Source of the DNA: an uncultured Opitutia bacterium
GTDB taxonomy: Bacteria; Verrucomicrobiota; Verrucomicrobiia; Opitutales; Seribacteraceae
NCBI GenBank assembly: GCA_963934295.1
Contig: CAWVXY010000004.1
Coordinates: forward strand, 56,049-120,048
DNA: 64,000 bases
Reading direction: 5' to 3'
The notes beneath the pieces are model-generated. The model saw only the letters and a list, made by a program, of their open reading frames with translations, did no database searches and was not told the origin of the DNA. This document shows positions 49,328 to 58,993 of this stretch, piece after piece. Numbering within the stretch: the first letter of the stretch is position 1; every line of letters starts with the position of its first letter. The translations under genes were made by a program, and so were the position numbers.

Positions 49328-50686
49328 TTATTTCCTTTTCGGTTTTTTATTCTTGGTTTTGGCAGCCTTTCGCACGCCGGTCACGCGTTCATAGTCAATC
49401 TTACTACCTTTCTTTGGATATTCGTCAAGAGCCGCCTGCAGGCTCTTGCGTAGGGTGCTTGGCTCTGCCGTATCGCCCAGAGCCTTCTCTTCGCGAACAT
49501 CATTGATCACGTCGTAGAATCGACCGTCCTCATAGAGCTTGTAGTGCTTGTTTCGCACCCAGGCGACCTCCCAATGGGAATACATGGTGTCGAATTGCTT
49601 CGAGAACGGACGGGGAAAGTAGTAGCCGTAAACCCACTTCCGCTTCTTGCCTTCCCTCCCCAAGCATTGGGGCCAGAAGCTCCATCCGTCCCCTTGGGTG
49701 ATTTTCTTGGCCGGTAGATTAGCTGCTTCGACGATGGTCGGGAACAGATCGGAAAAGCAGATCAGGTCCTTGTTCACTTGGCCGGCCTGAATGCGCCCCG
49801 GAAGGTTGAAGATCAACGGCACCTTGGTTCCATGGTCGTGGGTGTAGCCCTTGCCGCCCTTGCGCTGCGTACCAAAAAAATCGAGAGTCAGGCTGGAGTT
49901 GGTCCCGTTGTCCGCGGTGAAAATTATCAAGGTGTTCTCACGCAGTCCGAGCTCGATCAAGGTGTCCTCGATCCGTCCGACGCAGTGATCCATGTAAGCC
50001 ACCATGTCGATGAAGTTCTGCTTCCCATTCTTGCTCTTGCGGTTCTTGCTCCGTGGGGTCGGATCAAAAGGATTGTGCGGGAGGTTCATCGGGTAGTAGG
50101 CGAGAAACGGCTTGTCCTTGTTCGTCTTAATGAAGTCGATCAGATAATCAGCGATGACCGTCGATCCGTAGTCATCCTCGCCATGGTTAATGACCTTGCC
50201 ATCGTGCATCAGGGAGGGTTTCCAATAACGACTGCGTTCCGTCCCCGGAATGTTCCAGACGCAATGCCGGTCAAAGCCAGCTTCTTTTGGGGAGATGCCA
50301 GTTTGAGTAGTCAGCAACTGCCACTTGCCCGCCACGGCCGTGGCGTAGCCCTGGGCTTTGAAGTGATTGGCGAATGTCGGTTCGCCCTTAGGGAAAACGC
50401 CAAAGTCGACGTAATTAAACACGTTCGATTTTCCGGTCATCAGATTCACGCGACTGGGCGTGCACAACGGAGTCGAGTGGCAGTGATCGAAGCGTATGCC
50501 CTTGGCCGCGAGCCCATCGAGGCGAGGGGTCGAGAATTCTTTGCTCCCGTAGGCGCTGAAACATTCATACCCGACATCATCCGCCATGATGAGGACGATG
50601 TTGAGTTTTTGTGATTCCGCCTGGATCAAGGAAGCGGTCTGCAGAAGTACCGCAAGAAAGAGTATTATGACTTTATTTATGGACAT
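49328..50686 (-). CDS. Cys-type sulfatase
   Basis: NIVLIMADDVGY...HSTPLCTPSRVNLMTGK with C-T-P-S-R at 50450-50464. GKWQL and TADNGT blocks. The start at 50686 (MSINKVIILFLAVLL...) is preferred. The ATG at 50701 is also possible. Confidence 0.85.
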   Translation of the reverse strand: MSINKVIILFLAVLLQTASLIQAESQKLNIVLIMADDVGYECFSAYGSKEFSTPRLDGLAAKGIRFDHCHSTPLCTPSRVNLMTGKSNVFNYVDFGVFPKGEPTFANHFKAQGYATAVAGKWQLLTTQTGISPKEAGFDRHCVWNIPGTERSRYWKPSLMHDGKVINHGEDDYGSTVIADYLIDFIKTNKDKPFLAYYPMNLPHNPFDPTPRSKNRKSKNGKQNFIDMVAYMDHCVGRIEDTLIELGLRENTLIIFTADNGTNSSLTLDFFGTQRKGGKGYTHDHGTKVPLIFNLPGRIQAGQVNKDLICFSDLFPTIVEAANLPAKKITQGDGWSFWPQCLGREGKKRKWVYGYYFPRPFSKQFDTMYSHWEVAWVRNKHYKLYEDGRFYDVINDVREEKALGDTAEPSTLRKSLQAALDEYPKKGSKIDYERVTGVRKAAKTKNKKPKRK

Positions 50687-50882
50687 TGTTCTGCAAAACA
50701 TAGGTAAAGCTTTATCTTAAAAAGCAATGAATGATCGAGATCAATTTGTAAGGTTGTCCAAATTACAGGAATCTGGCGATAAAGAATAATGCTGGAAAGA
50801 ATTATTCACTGAAGACACCGTAATGCGAATCACGGGAGCCCATTTCCTTCTTGATTTGGTGATGGAGTTAGACGGCAATAAT

Positions 50883-51380
50883 TTATTCTTTTATCGGTGC
50901 TTTAAGCAAAACGTCTTTTGAGGAGTTCAGGTCCATAATAAGGCCCGTTTTTCTGACAAAATTCATCGGTGCATCAAAGGTAGATAGTTTTCCGGTCACA
51001 AAGACGCGCGTTGGTTTGTCTGCGAAATCGGTGGCCTCGAACAGAGCCACCAGTTCGTCGTGTCTGTCGTCTACGGGAATGAGAATGCTAAAAGACTGAC
51101 CCACGTCGTCCGAAGGTTTAGCTTTTAGATCGAACCTCCATTTTCCAGGTTGGTTAACACCCGAGTCCTTGGGAAACACGTTGCCGCCATCCACATAACC
51201 CCAAACCTTGAGAACTTTGCCTCGATGAGCCAGCGCTTCCTCACGGTTTTTGGCGAAACCTTTTTTGCTGAATGAGGAAGCCGGTACATACCCGCTTATC
51301 GGTTTGTCCACACAACCCCCAAGAAGCAGGGGCACTATCAAAATGATTAGGAATAAGGATGTGGAGGCATTCATATTCAT
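50883..51380 (-). CDS. Hypothetical lipoprotein
   Basis: Lipobox LLLGGC. The start overlaps the upstream esterase stop (ATGA, 51377-51380). No recognised motif. Confidence 0.4.
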   Translation of the reverse strand: MNMNASTSLFLIILIVPLLLGGCVDKPISGYVPASSFSKKGFAKNREEALAHRGKVLKVWGYVDGGNVFPKDSGVNQPGKWRFDLKAKPSDDVGQSFSILIPVDDRHDELVALFEATDFADKPTRVFVTGKLSTFDAPMNFVRKTGLIMDLNSSKDVLLKAPIKE

Positions 51381-52240
51381 TTATTCTTTTTTCCTCGAAG
51401 CGTATTCTTCTCGATAAAAGCCCATGTGGCCACTCCCCAAGATCCTTCGGTCATGCAAACCGGGTTGTGAAGAAATTTTCTGGTGGGGTCTTTCTTGTTC
51501 AGGCAACAGGATCCGTCCGGATAAGCATCGATATCACTGGGCAATTGAAAGTAGTTATAGGAAATCTTAAGCTGGTCGAGGGAATCCCGAAACTTCCTTG
51601 TGTTAAGTCCCCCCTGCACCAGACGCAACTTGAGTTTCTCTTGGATCGCCTTGGTTTTCTTTCCGTATTCAGGCACATAATTGCGGGCCTGAGGATCGGT
51701 GAAACTGGTACCCCCTCCCGCGTCCAATGCCACTGCCGTCGAGAAGATATCGAGGTGCTTGGCTCCCCAATAGATCGAACCGGCCGCTCCCATTGAAAAC
51801 CCCATGATAGTCCGTTGCCTACGATCTTGGGTAAGGGCGTATTTGTTCTCAAGAGAAGGAAGGAGTTCCTTGAGGATGTTTGTTTCAGGTCGTTTGTCCT
51901 TGGCCCCGTCCCGCCACACCGTTCCCCCATATTTTTCCGGAAAGACGACAGCGAAGTCTTGAATCTTGCCAGCCTTGCGGGCGGCTTCGTAACTTTGCAT
52001 CACTTGAGAGGAGGCATTGCCACCACCTGCCCCGTGTAGAAAAATAATGAGCGGAAAAGGGCCCTTGTCTTTGGCGTAACCCGGAGGGAGGTACAAGGTG
52101 TAGATGATTTCATCCCCCGTGACGGGCCCCTTGTATTTCAGGTTCTTTTGGTACTGACCCAAGTGAACGCCTGATTCGGCTTGGGCCTGCATGGTCCAAA
52201 GCCCAAAGGCAACGAAGTTGAAAACAAAAAGAAATTTCAT
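51377..52240 (-). CDS. Secreted esterase (putative esterase / CE1-like alpha/beta hydrolase)
   Basis: IIFLHGAGGGN and the nucleophile elbow GFSMGAAG. I chose the start at 52240 (MKFLFVFNFVAFGLWTMQAQA, signal peptide). The ORF track extends to 52300. Confidence 0.7.
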   Translation of the reverse strand: MKFLFVFNFVAFGLWTMQAQAESGVHLGQYQKNLKYKGPVTGDEIIYTLYLPPGYAKDKGPFPLIIFLHGAGGGNASSQVMQSYEAARKAGKIQDFAVVFPEKYGGTVWRDGAKDKRPETNILKELLPSLENKYALTQDRRQRTIMGFSMGAAGSIYWGAKHLDIFSTAVALDAGGGTSFTDPQARNYVPEYGKKTKAIQEKLKLRLVQGGLNTRKFRDSLDQLKISYNYFQLPSDIDAYPDGSCCLNKKDPTRKFLHNPVCMTEGSWGVATWAFIEKNTLRGKKNK

Positions 52241-52311
52241 AATAAGTCTCAAAGCAAAAGGTAAAACAAAAGAAGATTCCACTATAGTTGGGAATTGCAT
52301 GTTTTGACCAT

Positions 52312-52331
52312 AACGAAACGCCCGTTTCGTT
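52312..52331. repeat. Short perfect inverted repeat AACGAAAC-GCCC-GTTTCGTT
   Basis: Read directly from the sequence. It lies between the LamG-like remnant and the esterase start. No flanking U-run, so it is not a canonical terminator. Confidence 0.4.
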
Positions 52332-52407
52332 TAACCCTTTCATGCACCTTCAGCTCCTGGGTAAGCGATCCAACCTCGCGGTTCGTCTTTGAAAATCGAT
52401 CATTTAT

Positions 52408-52593
52408 CTAGTTCACGAACAGGCTTGGTCGGGAGACTTGCCGCCCCCCCGAATTGTAGAGCTTGGCTGCCTCTGCATCCCTCAAAGCGCGATCGTACAG
52501 ATGGACGTCATCCACAGAGCCGTTGAACCAATGCGACAGTTGAAATCTGAGCCAACGAATGGGGGCCGGTATCCCAGCGTTTTTCAGGGTAAT
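52408..52593 (-). pseudogene. 3' remnant of a LamG (Laminin_G_3-type) domain gene
   Basis: The minus-strand frame reads ...RWLRFQLSHWFNGSVDDVHLYDRALRDAEAAKLYNSGGRQVSRPSLFVN*. The block F.G.vDDV.lYdRAL...E...LY is the conserved C-terminal end of LamG_3 domains. The frame is closed by a stop at 52594-52596 and has no start codon. Base composition drops abruptly just right of it. Confidence 0.4.
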
Positions 52594-52760
52594 TCAGTTC
52601 ATGCCTTTGTTTAAGAATATAGGAAATTAAAGTGACACCCTGTACAGAGTATATGTTAGTTTCATTATAAGGTGTTGGTTACTTGTTTGAAAGCAAGTTG
52701 AAACAAATTTTAACAGAAAGTGTCGTACGCTGAAAACTTTAATGATAAGGAATATTACTT

Positions 52761-55520
52761 ATGCAAAATTTTAAATATTTGCTCCTTGTAACTACAATGT
52801 GTGGATTTTTTCTCGCTCAAAAATCAGGTGCTACCGAAATCAATCAACGCTATAAAAAAGTTGGTAGCGAATACCAGATACTTGGCGATTCTATTTACCC
52901 CCAAATGCTTGACAGGGCTATACCCACGGGAGCAGTGGATATAAATCCACCCTGGCTGGCCTATAACCCTTGGATAAATGAGCCGGTGGGTGCCGGTCAA
53001 CCAAAAGAAATTAGGAAAAGTGAAAAGAGAGAATTCGCTTTAAACCAAAAGTTGAATCGCAGGTACTACTTTGAACTTTCCCGGGATAAAGCATTTAAAA
53101 AGGATGTAATAAAAAGTGCCCCAAAAGCCTGGTCCTTTTTTAACCCGTATCAAAAATTATCCTCAGGCACCTGGTATTGGAGGGTCACTTTTGTGGAAAA
53201 CCAGAAAATGTCTCCAAATTTTAAAGGTGTTGTTCACAGTTTTTATATCTCAGGAAAAGAGCGTGTTTTTGTACCGCCCTCAGCAGATAAAATGGTTGAA
53301 CATATCAAAAAGCGCAGATCCCCCCGTGTCATTATGCCGGAGGAATTAGTCGGGAAGCTATGGAGTCAATTGCCTGATTGGGAAAAGAAGAATTTCTCTC
53401 AAATCATAAGTAAAGCCGAGGATGTAAAAATACTGCCTTATGATCATATGATTAAAGTAGAGTCGGCCGGCAGATCAGAAAAAATTGTTAAAAAACTAAT
53501 GAGTAAGATGGCCAATGACATAACTATAAAGTATACCACTGCCATCGACACTCTGGTGCGTGCTTATCTAGTGAGAGGAGAAGAAAAATATAAAAAGTCA
53601 GCCATCGAAAAATACACTCAACTATATAGACTGTACCCCGGATTTCAAAAGTACTACACCAAGAAAAACTTCATGTCCACTTTTGGGGGTGCCCGGTATC
53701 TGACTACGACGATGTTACTTTTGGATGCCTGTAGTGAAAGCCTGGAACCCGATATAAGAAAAGGCATGGTGGGCTTTAGTATGTCACGTATGACAAATGG
53801 TTCTGATAATTATAATGTTCAACTGGCACGTTCAGAGTACAAGATCTATGATGCTCACCTTTGGCAGGGGGGAGTTCACAAGCCGATGTTTGCATCGATT
53901 GTTTTAAGCGCCTATCGTGATGATGCTGTTCAATGGTTTAGATATTATTATGAACTCTGGCTTTTTCGATCTCCAGCTGGAAGTAGGAACGATGGAGGGT
54001 GGCATGCCGGGTTAGGATACTTCGGAGTTAATGACAGAGCACTCTTGCAATCCGCCTGGGTATTGCAGCAAGTGTCCGGATTCAACTTTTACAACCAACC
54101 CTGGTACAAAAATTTCTCCAAATTCTTGTCTTTTTCTTCGCCGATAAATAACCCACGAGACAGATTCGGGGATTTCACTGCAAAGAGTGCAAACGTAGGT
54201 ACCGGAAAGGTTCACAATGCTCTTTCTACCATGCAATTGCACTTTGAACCGGATAATTTCTGGCACAATTGGAGAGTTTCCAGGTATAAATTAAATACTA
54301 GCGACATTAGAAAAAACAGTCCTCTTGCTAATGCAAACAGGTGGTATCTGGCACTGGCAAATGCAAAATTCGGAAATCCACCCAAAGTAACAAAGGTTGC
54401 ATCACCGGATAAAACCATGCAGGCGGCCCTGTTTCAGGATCTTGGTTTCGTGGGAGCCTCCAGTGATATGAGCAATCCTGAAAACAATATGCACATTACC
54501 TTTCGGTCCACTCCCTTTGGTGGTATTAATCATTCCTTTTCGGCGCAGAATTCTTTTAATCTTTCTTATGGTGGAGATGCCTTATTTATCAATACCGGTC
54601 ATCGTCACTCTACTGCACTTCACCAAGCCTTTGACTATAAGTTGAGTCGTGCTCACAATACAATAGCGCCGGACGGCATTGTTCAGTCCGATGGAATCAC
54701 CGGTTTTGGCTGGGTGCCTCGCTTTGTGCATGGAGAGCAGTATACCTACTTTGTCGGGGATGCCTCAAAAGCCTATTCAGGGGACTTTGAGTTAAACGAG
54801 GAATTGGACATCTACAAAACCAGAAAGGGTGGACTGTATGAGGCAAAGGTTACCCGATTCCGGAGACATGTTCTTGTGATAAGGCCAAATATAATGATCA
54901 TCTATGATGAGTTGGAAGCCAAAGAGCCCTATGACTCGAGGTATAAACTCCATTCGCACAATAAAATGACCCTGGCCGGACCCAATAGTGTAGCAACAGC
55001 CAATAAAGCAGCGAACGCAATGGCCCATATCTGGGGTTCGGGAAAATTAGATATAAATATCACAGATAAATACAGGTTCCAGGCAGTGAACTTAAGGGCC
55101 AAGGCAATCAACGGTAAGATACCTGATTTCCCGGACTCCTGGCATTTGGAAGTCAGTCCGGTGAAAAAAATGAACAACTTTAAATTCTTAACAGTTATTG
55201 AAATAGAGGCTAAAAATGGAAAGTATCGATATTGCAAACCGAAGAAAGTGGCAGATAATAAATTTATTGCCGGTGATTACACTATTCATTGTAATCTTGA
55301 TTCAAGTACACCATCATTATTAAAGGTTTTCAAAAAGAACGAGAGTTTTGGTATTTCCACCGGAGCAGCATCTTCAGAATTAAAAGTAGGAAATCAATCT
55401 TTTAAAGCCAAGATTCAGGGAACCACATTGTTTTTCGAAAAGGCAAGTGGAAAGGATTATGTTTCCACTCTTGAAGACACTCTTCCTGATACTTTGAAGT
55501 ATGAAAATATATATAAATAA
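52761..55520 (+). CDS. Heparinase II/III-like polysaccharide lyase family protein (DUF4962-type N-terminus), secreted
   Basis: GGINHSFSAQNSFNLSYGGDALFINTGHRH...LSRAHNTIAPDG parallels the H.H.D..sF.l..gG..l..D.G ... aHNTv.vdG blocks of the heparinase II/III C-terminal domain. Signal peptide present. Low GC. Confidence 0.55.
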   Translation: MQNFKYLLLVTTMCGFFLAQKSGATEINQRYKKVGSEYQILGDSIYPQMLDRAIPTGAVDINPPWLAYNPWINEPVGAGQPKEIRKSEKREFALNQKLNRRYYFELSRDKAFKKDVIKSAPKAWSFFNPYQKLSSGTWYWRVTFVENQKMSPNFKGVVHSFYISGKERVFVPPSADKMVEHIKKRRSPRVIMPEELVGKLWSQLPDWEKKNFSQIISKAEDVKILPYDHMIKVESAGRSEKIVKKLMSKMANDITIKYTTAIDTLVRAYLVRGEEKYKKSAIEKYTQLYRLYPGFQKYYTKKNFMSTFGGARYLTTTMLLLDACSESLEPDIRKGMVGFSMSRMTNGSDNYNVQLARSEYKIYDAHLWQGGVHKPMFASIVLSAYRDDAVQWFRYYYELWLFRSPAGSRNDGGWHAGLGYFGVNDRALLQSAWVLQQVSGFNFYNQPWYKNFSKFLSFSSPINNPRDRFGDFTAKSANVGTGKVHNALSTMQLHFEPDNFWHNWRVSRYKLNTSDIRKNSPLANANRWYLALANAKFGNPPKVTKVASPDKTMQAALFQDLGFVGASSDMSNPENNMHITFRSTPFGGINHSFSAQNSFNLSYGGDALFINTGHRHSTALHQAFDYKLSRAHNTIAPDGIVQSDGITGFGWVPRFVHGEQYTYFVGDASKAYSGDFELNEELDIYKTRKGGLYEAKVTRFRRHVLVIRPNIMIIYDELEAKEPYDSRYKLHSHNKMTLAGPNSVATANKAANAMAHIWGSGKLDINITDKYRFQAVNLRAKAINGKIPDFPDSWHLEVSPVKKMNNFKFLTVIEIEAKNGKYRYCKPKKVADNKFIAGDYTIHCNLDSSTPSLLKVFKKNESFGISTGAASSELKVGNQSFKAKIQGTTLFFEKASGKDYVSTLEDTLPDTLKYENIYK

Positions 55521-55644
55521 AGATTACTTCGAGAAGTTAATGTAAAATAATTCTTTATTATTCCGAATTAATAACCTGCCCCGGAATGATAAAAATTGTG
55601 CCCAATATTGATGTTTGGTTAGGAGTTTTGTACGAACCAGTTCC

Positions 55645-55812
55645 TTACGATCCCGGTAGGACGCACAGGGCACAGATGATCTCATCCCCCGAAAAGGGCC
55701 ACTTGTATTTCAGGCTCTTTTGGTACTGACCCTGGTGACTTTCCTCAACAGTCTGAGCCTGAAGAGCGAAAAATCCAAAGATGATTAAGGAAATGATGGT
55801 GAGTAGTTTCAT
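55645..55812 (-). pseudogene. 5' remnant (55 codons then TAA) of a paralog of the esterase at 51377-52240
   Basis: The translation MKLLTIISLIIFGFFALQAQTVEESHQGQYQKSLKYKWPFSGDEIICALCVLPGS* aligns with MKFLFVFNFVAFGLWTMQAQAESGVHLGQYQKNLKYKGPVTGDEIIYTLYLPPGY. The DNA core GGTCAGTACCAAAAGA(A/G)CCTGAAATACAAG(G/T)GGCCC is almost identical in both copies. No alpha/beta-hydrolase body follows. Confidence 0.55.
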
Positions 55813-55998
55813 GGCAAAATAGAAAGAAAATTAAGAAAGATTCCTTACTCCATCGTTTCTAATCTTAGCTTGCAATCTGTAATCAAAATAAATTTGATTT
55901 ATAAGAAACAACCAAATCGATTTATCTGAAACCGACTTTGTAAATGATCAAATGAAAATGGGGACGCACCAATCTCCAATCACTCCCAGTTCAGAATT

Positions 55999-56544
55999 TT
56001 ACTTTTTATCCTGCAGCAGTTCAGCAATTCTGGGTCGGGTTGCTTGTATCCGCTGGTAATCAAGTTTTAATCCGGCTGGCCCAAGTATTCCCTGAAGTAG
56101 ATCATAAACGGGTTTTACCTCATCAAACGGAACAGTGACGGAATCGAGCGCGGTTGCTCCAGTATTATTTTTGGCACCGCGTTCTGCACCTTTTTCCAAT
56201 AATTCTTTTACAATTTCAGTACGGCAGAAAAATGCGGCAGTAATAAGTGCAGTGGAACCTTCATTATTCTGAACTTCAAGATCAGCCCCGTTCTCAATCA
56301 ATGTGAGTGCAGCTTCAGTTTGTCCAAACGTGGCAGCCGCAATCAACGGAGTGGAGCCGCTTTGCGGATCCTGTTCATCCAGCTTTGTACCTGCAGTAAT
56401 ATGCTGAAGGATCATTTCCACTTTTCCTTTTTGTGCTGCTTCCATCAGAGGGATTTCAGGTTTTGTTATACCTTCGACTTGGTTATCACTGCAACCACTG
56501 AGCATAAAAAAAGTGAGGGCACTAATTATAATAATTTTTGTCAT
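55999..56544 (-). CDS. Ankyrin-repeat lipoprotein
   Basis: Lipobox MLSGC. Tandem ankyrin repeats (GSTPLIAAATFGQTEAALTLIENGADLEVQNNEGSTALITAAFFCRTEIVKELLEKGAE...). Confidence 0.85.
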   Translation of the reverse strand: MTKIIIISALTFFMLSGCSDNQVEGITKPEIPLMEAAQKGKVEMILQHITAGTKLDEQDPQSGSTPLIAAATFGQTEAALTLIENGADLEVQNNEGSTALITAAFFCRTEIVKELLEKGAERGAKNNTGATALDSVTVPFDEVKPVYDLLQGILGPAGLKLDYQRIQATRPRIAELLQDKK

Positions 56545-56765
56545 GTTACCGTTGTTTGTAAGTATATTTAAATTGTTCTTTTTATGTCAAGTTATGTAAC
56601 CGAGCATGCCCACTTCTTTTCTCGCCTTCGTGGAAATTGAAAGAGTAGTTCACCATCAGGTCATCCATCTTATCGGACATGACAAACGGAACGGCCCAAA
56701 GCCCTCCCCCACTCAAAAAGAACAGAATTAAAATGTGTGCTTTCATCTTTTTATAAGATTAGAAT

Positions 56766-58143
56766 TCATTTTTTCTTAAAACGAATTTCATCAAGTAATA
56801 TTTTATATTCCAAGGGCTGAGCTTTCCCTGGAGTGGATCGTCCTCTATCAAGGTAGCTTTGCAATAAAGAAGCCAACTTAGTCGCCACCTGAGGGTGTGT
56901 TCGAATAATGTTATTCGTTTCGGCTAAATCGAGATTCAAATCAAACAACTCACGCTTATTGTGACCATGAACAATTAACTTCCATTTCCCTTTTCGAATC
57001 GCAAATGCTTTTTTTCCACTTTGCTGAACACTCGCCTCACGAAAAGGACCGACCTGCTTGCCGAACAGACAATCGAGAAAGCTTACGCTGTCTTCGCCTG
57101 CATTATCAGGTAAAGGAACACCAATGATTTCCGCACAGGTTGCAAAGATGTCTGTGATCGAAATAATTTGATCACTTGTAGATCCCGGCTTGATCCTACC
57201 CGGCCATTTCGCCAAAAAAGGTTCACGGTGTCCACCTTCGTAGATACTTCCTTTATTATCCCGAAGCGGTGGATAATCACGCCCTGCTGCTCCATTATCT
57301 GCTGAGACTATTACGAGCGTATCATCGGCCAATCCAGTTGATTCAAGGATGTCTAAAAGTTGTCCCAGCATATCATCCCCCTGATAAACCCAGTCGGCGT
57401 AGGATCCCTTAGCCCCACCACCACCTTTTCCCACATATTCGGGAGCGGGCACCACGGGTTTGTGCGGTGGGCACATTGGGAAGTATAGGAAGAATGGCTT
57501 TTCTTTATTACTCGATTGTTCTTTTAGAAAGTCAATTGCCCTTGCAATCATGAGTGGTTGGTTTTCGACAGGTTTAAATTCCCTCACAACGGTATCCTGT
57601 TCGATGACGGTCTGAATGTTTCTGGCATGAGTAAAGCCATAGAAATATTCAAATCCAATTGCGTTGGGCCCACCGGTCATCTTTTCTCCAATTTTTAATT
57701 CATCTTTGGTTTTATTTTTTCCTTTTGTCTTAGGTCTGTCCCAATTCATACCCAGGTGCCATTTGCCAATGCAAGCGGTGGTATAGCCATTCCTTTTCAA
57801 ATAAGAAGCTATGGTCTAATCGGGTATCAGGTATTAGGGGAGGTGAGAAAGTACTCAACACACCAAATTGTCCAATTCGATGAGGATAGCGACCGGTAAG
57901 AAATCCATAACGAGTAGGTGTGCAACTGGCAGCGGAGGAATGGGCATCGGTAAAACGCATCCCTTCCTTGGCCATGCGATCAATATTGGGTGTTTTGAAA
58001 AGACTAGTCGGACGGTAAGAAGTTGGCTCTCCATAACCCATATCGTCGAAAAGAACAAAAAGGATGTTGGGCTTTTCCCTACCTTCGCTTGTAAAAGTAA
58101 AAATCGCTACAATCGCAAATAGGCAGCAGAAAAATCTTTTCAA
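56766..58143 (-). pseudogene. Cys-type sulfatase disrupted by a single-nucleotide frameshift (or a sequencing error)
   Basis: The N-terminal ORF (57730-58143) carries NILFVLFDDMGY and C-T-P-T-R (57910-57924). The C-terminal ORF (56766-57800) continues with NGYTTACIGKWHLG...SADNGA. The frames rejoin if one base is removed near 57813-57819, where the downstream frame is blocked by TAG at 57816-57818. The repaired sequence reads ...PDTRLTIASYLKRNGY... Only a TTG start exists at 58143. Confidence 0.75.
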
Positions 58144-58154
58144 TTTACTAGTCC

Positions 58155-58940
58155 TTACCTTCTTTTCTGACTGAACATCCAGTCGTAAAATTCCTTACTT
58201 GAATAAACTACTTGTCGGGCATTGTGCCCCTGATCTTCATAGACTTTAATTTTAGCGATTTTGCCTCCGGCTTTTTTTATGGCATCAACTATTCGAACTG
58301 ATCTCTCGGCTGGCACAACCTTATCCTTGGCTCCCGCAAATGCGTATACCGGCACCTTGGCTAAGTTGGCAGCCCATTGATCTAGGTCTGGAGTCACGTC
58401 CTTCGGTCCACCCGGACCGATCCCTCCCACTACGGGTGCAATCGCCGCAAAATGTTGTGGGCTATTTCCACCCCATGTCCAGGAACCATAGCCACCCATA
58501 CTGTTACCCGTCAGATAAATTCTCTTCGAATCAAAGTTCAAACTTGAACTCAGCCCTTTCAGCAAAAGATCCAAGTCACTGGCTTCCCAGGTTCCCCGTC
58601 CACCCACTTTCCGAGTACGGGAACATTGCGGAACCACAATGTGACACGGACCTTTTTTAAACTGATTGATTCCCTCAAGCAATGCTCGAGCTTGTCCCTG
58701 TAACCGCTTCACATCGCTTCCCACTCCACCCGCTCCATGAAGATAAATTAGAAGTGCAGGTTTCTTATCTCCCTTAATTTTTGCGGAGAATAAAAGATAT
58801 TCAGGATTTAAACATTTTGTACTCTTTGAATATTCTAAATCCAAAGTCCGGACTTTTGGCTGTTCGCGTTGTGCAAATAATGAACCCAGTAAAAATAAAG
58901 GAATGATTGCAATGAATAGATTTTTCATACCATTCATCAT
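58155..58940 (-). CDS. Secreted alpha/beta hydrolase (carboxylesterase/PHB-depolymerase-like, CE1-like)
   Basis: IYLHGAGGVG, the nucleophile elbow GNSMGGYG, and the late GAKDKVVP and QGHN blocks. Confidence 0.7.
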   Translation of the reverse strand: MMNGMKNLFIAIIPLFLLGSLFAQREQPKVRTLDLEYSKSTKCLNPEYLLFSAKIKGDKKPALLIYLHGAGGVGSDVKRLQGQARALLEGINQFKKGPCHIVVPQCSRTRKVGGRGTWEASDLDLLLKGLSSSLNFDSKRIYLTGNSMGGYGSWTWGGNSPQHFAAIAPVVGGIGPGGPKDVTPDLDQWAANLAKVPVYAFAGAKDKVVPAERSVRIVDAIKKAGGKIAKIKVYEDQGHNARQVVYSSKEFYDWMFSQKRR

Positions 58941-58993
58941 TCGAAAAAGCCTCTAAAAGAACAAGGCTAGATTACGCAATTTTGACTTATTTT

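Noticed and set aside
49778-50614. A 278-aa plus-strand ORF opposite the sulfatase gene
   Set aside because: It is antisense to a gene with unmistakable sulfatase blocks (CTPSR, GKWQL). It shows a Val/Arg/Gly-rich shadow-frame composition. The same reasoning applies to the antisense or off-frame ORFs at 11902-12366, 13665-14054, 29856-30269, 37643-38050, 38825-39211 and 51359-51796, and to 51499-51930, an off-frame same-strand ORF nested within the esterase gene.
56582-56746. A 54-codon minus-strand ORF with a signal-peptide-like N-terminus (MKAHILILFFLSGGGLWAVPF...)
   Set aside because: It is too short and has no recognisable motif, so I do not call it a gene. It could be a small secreted peptide or the 5' remnant of a decayed gene. 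It is mentioned only as speculation in the remnant finding.
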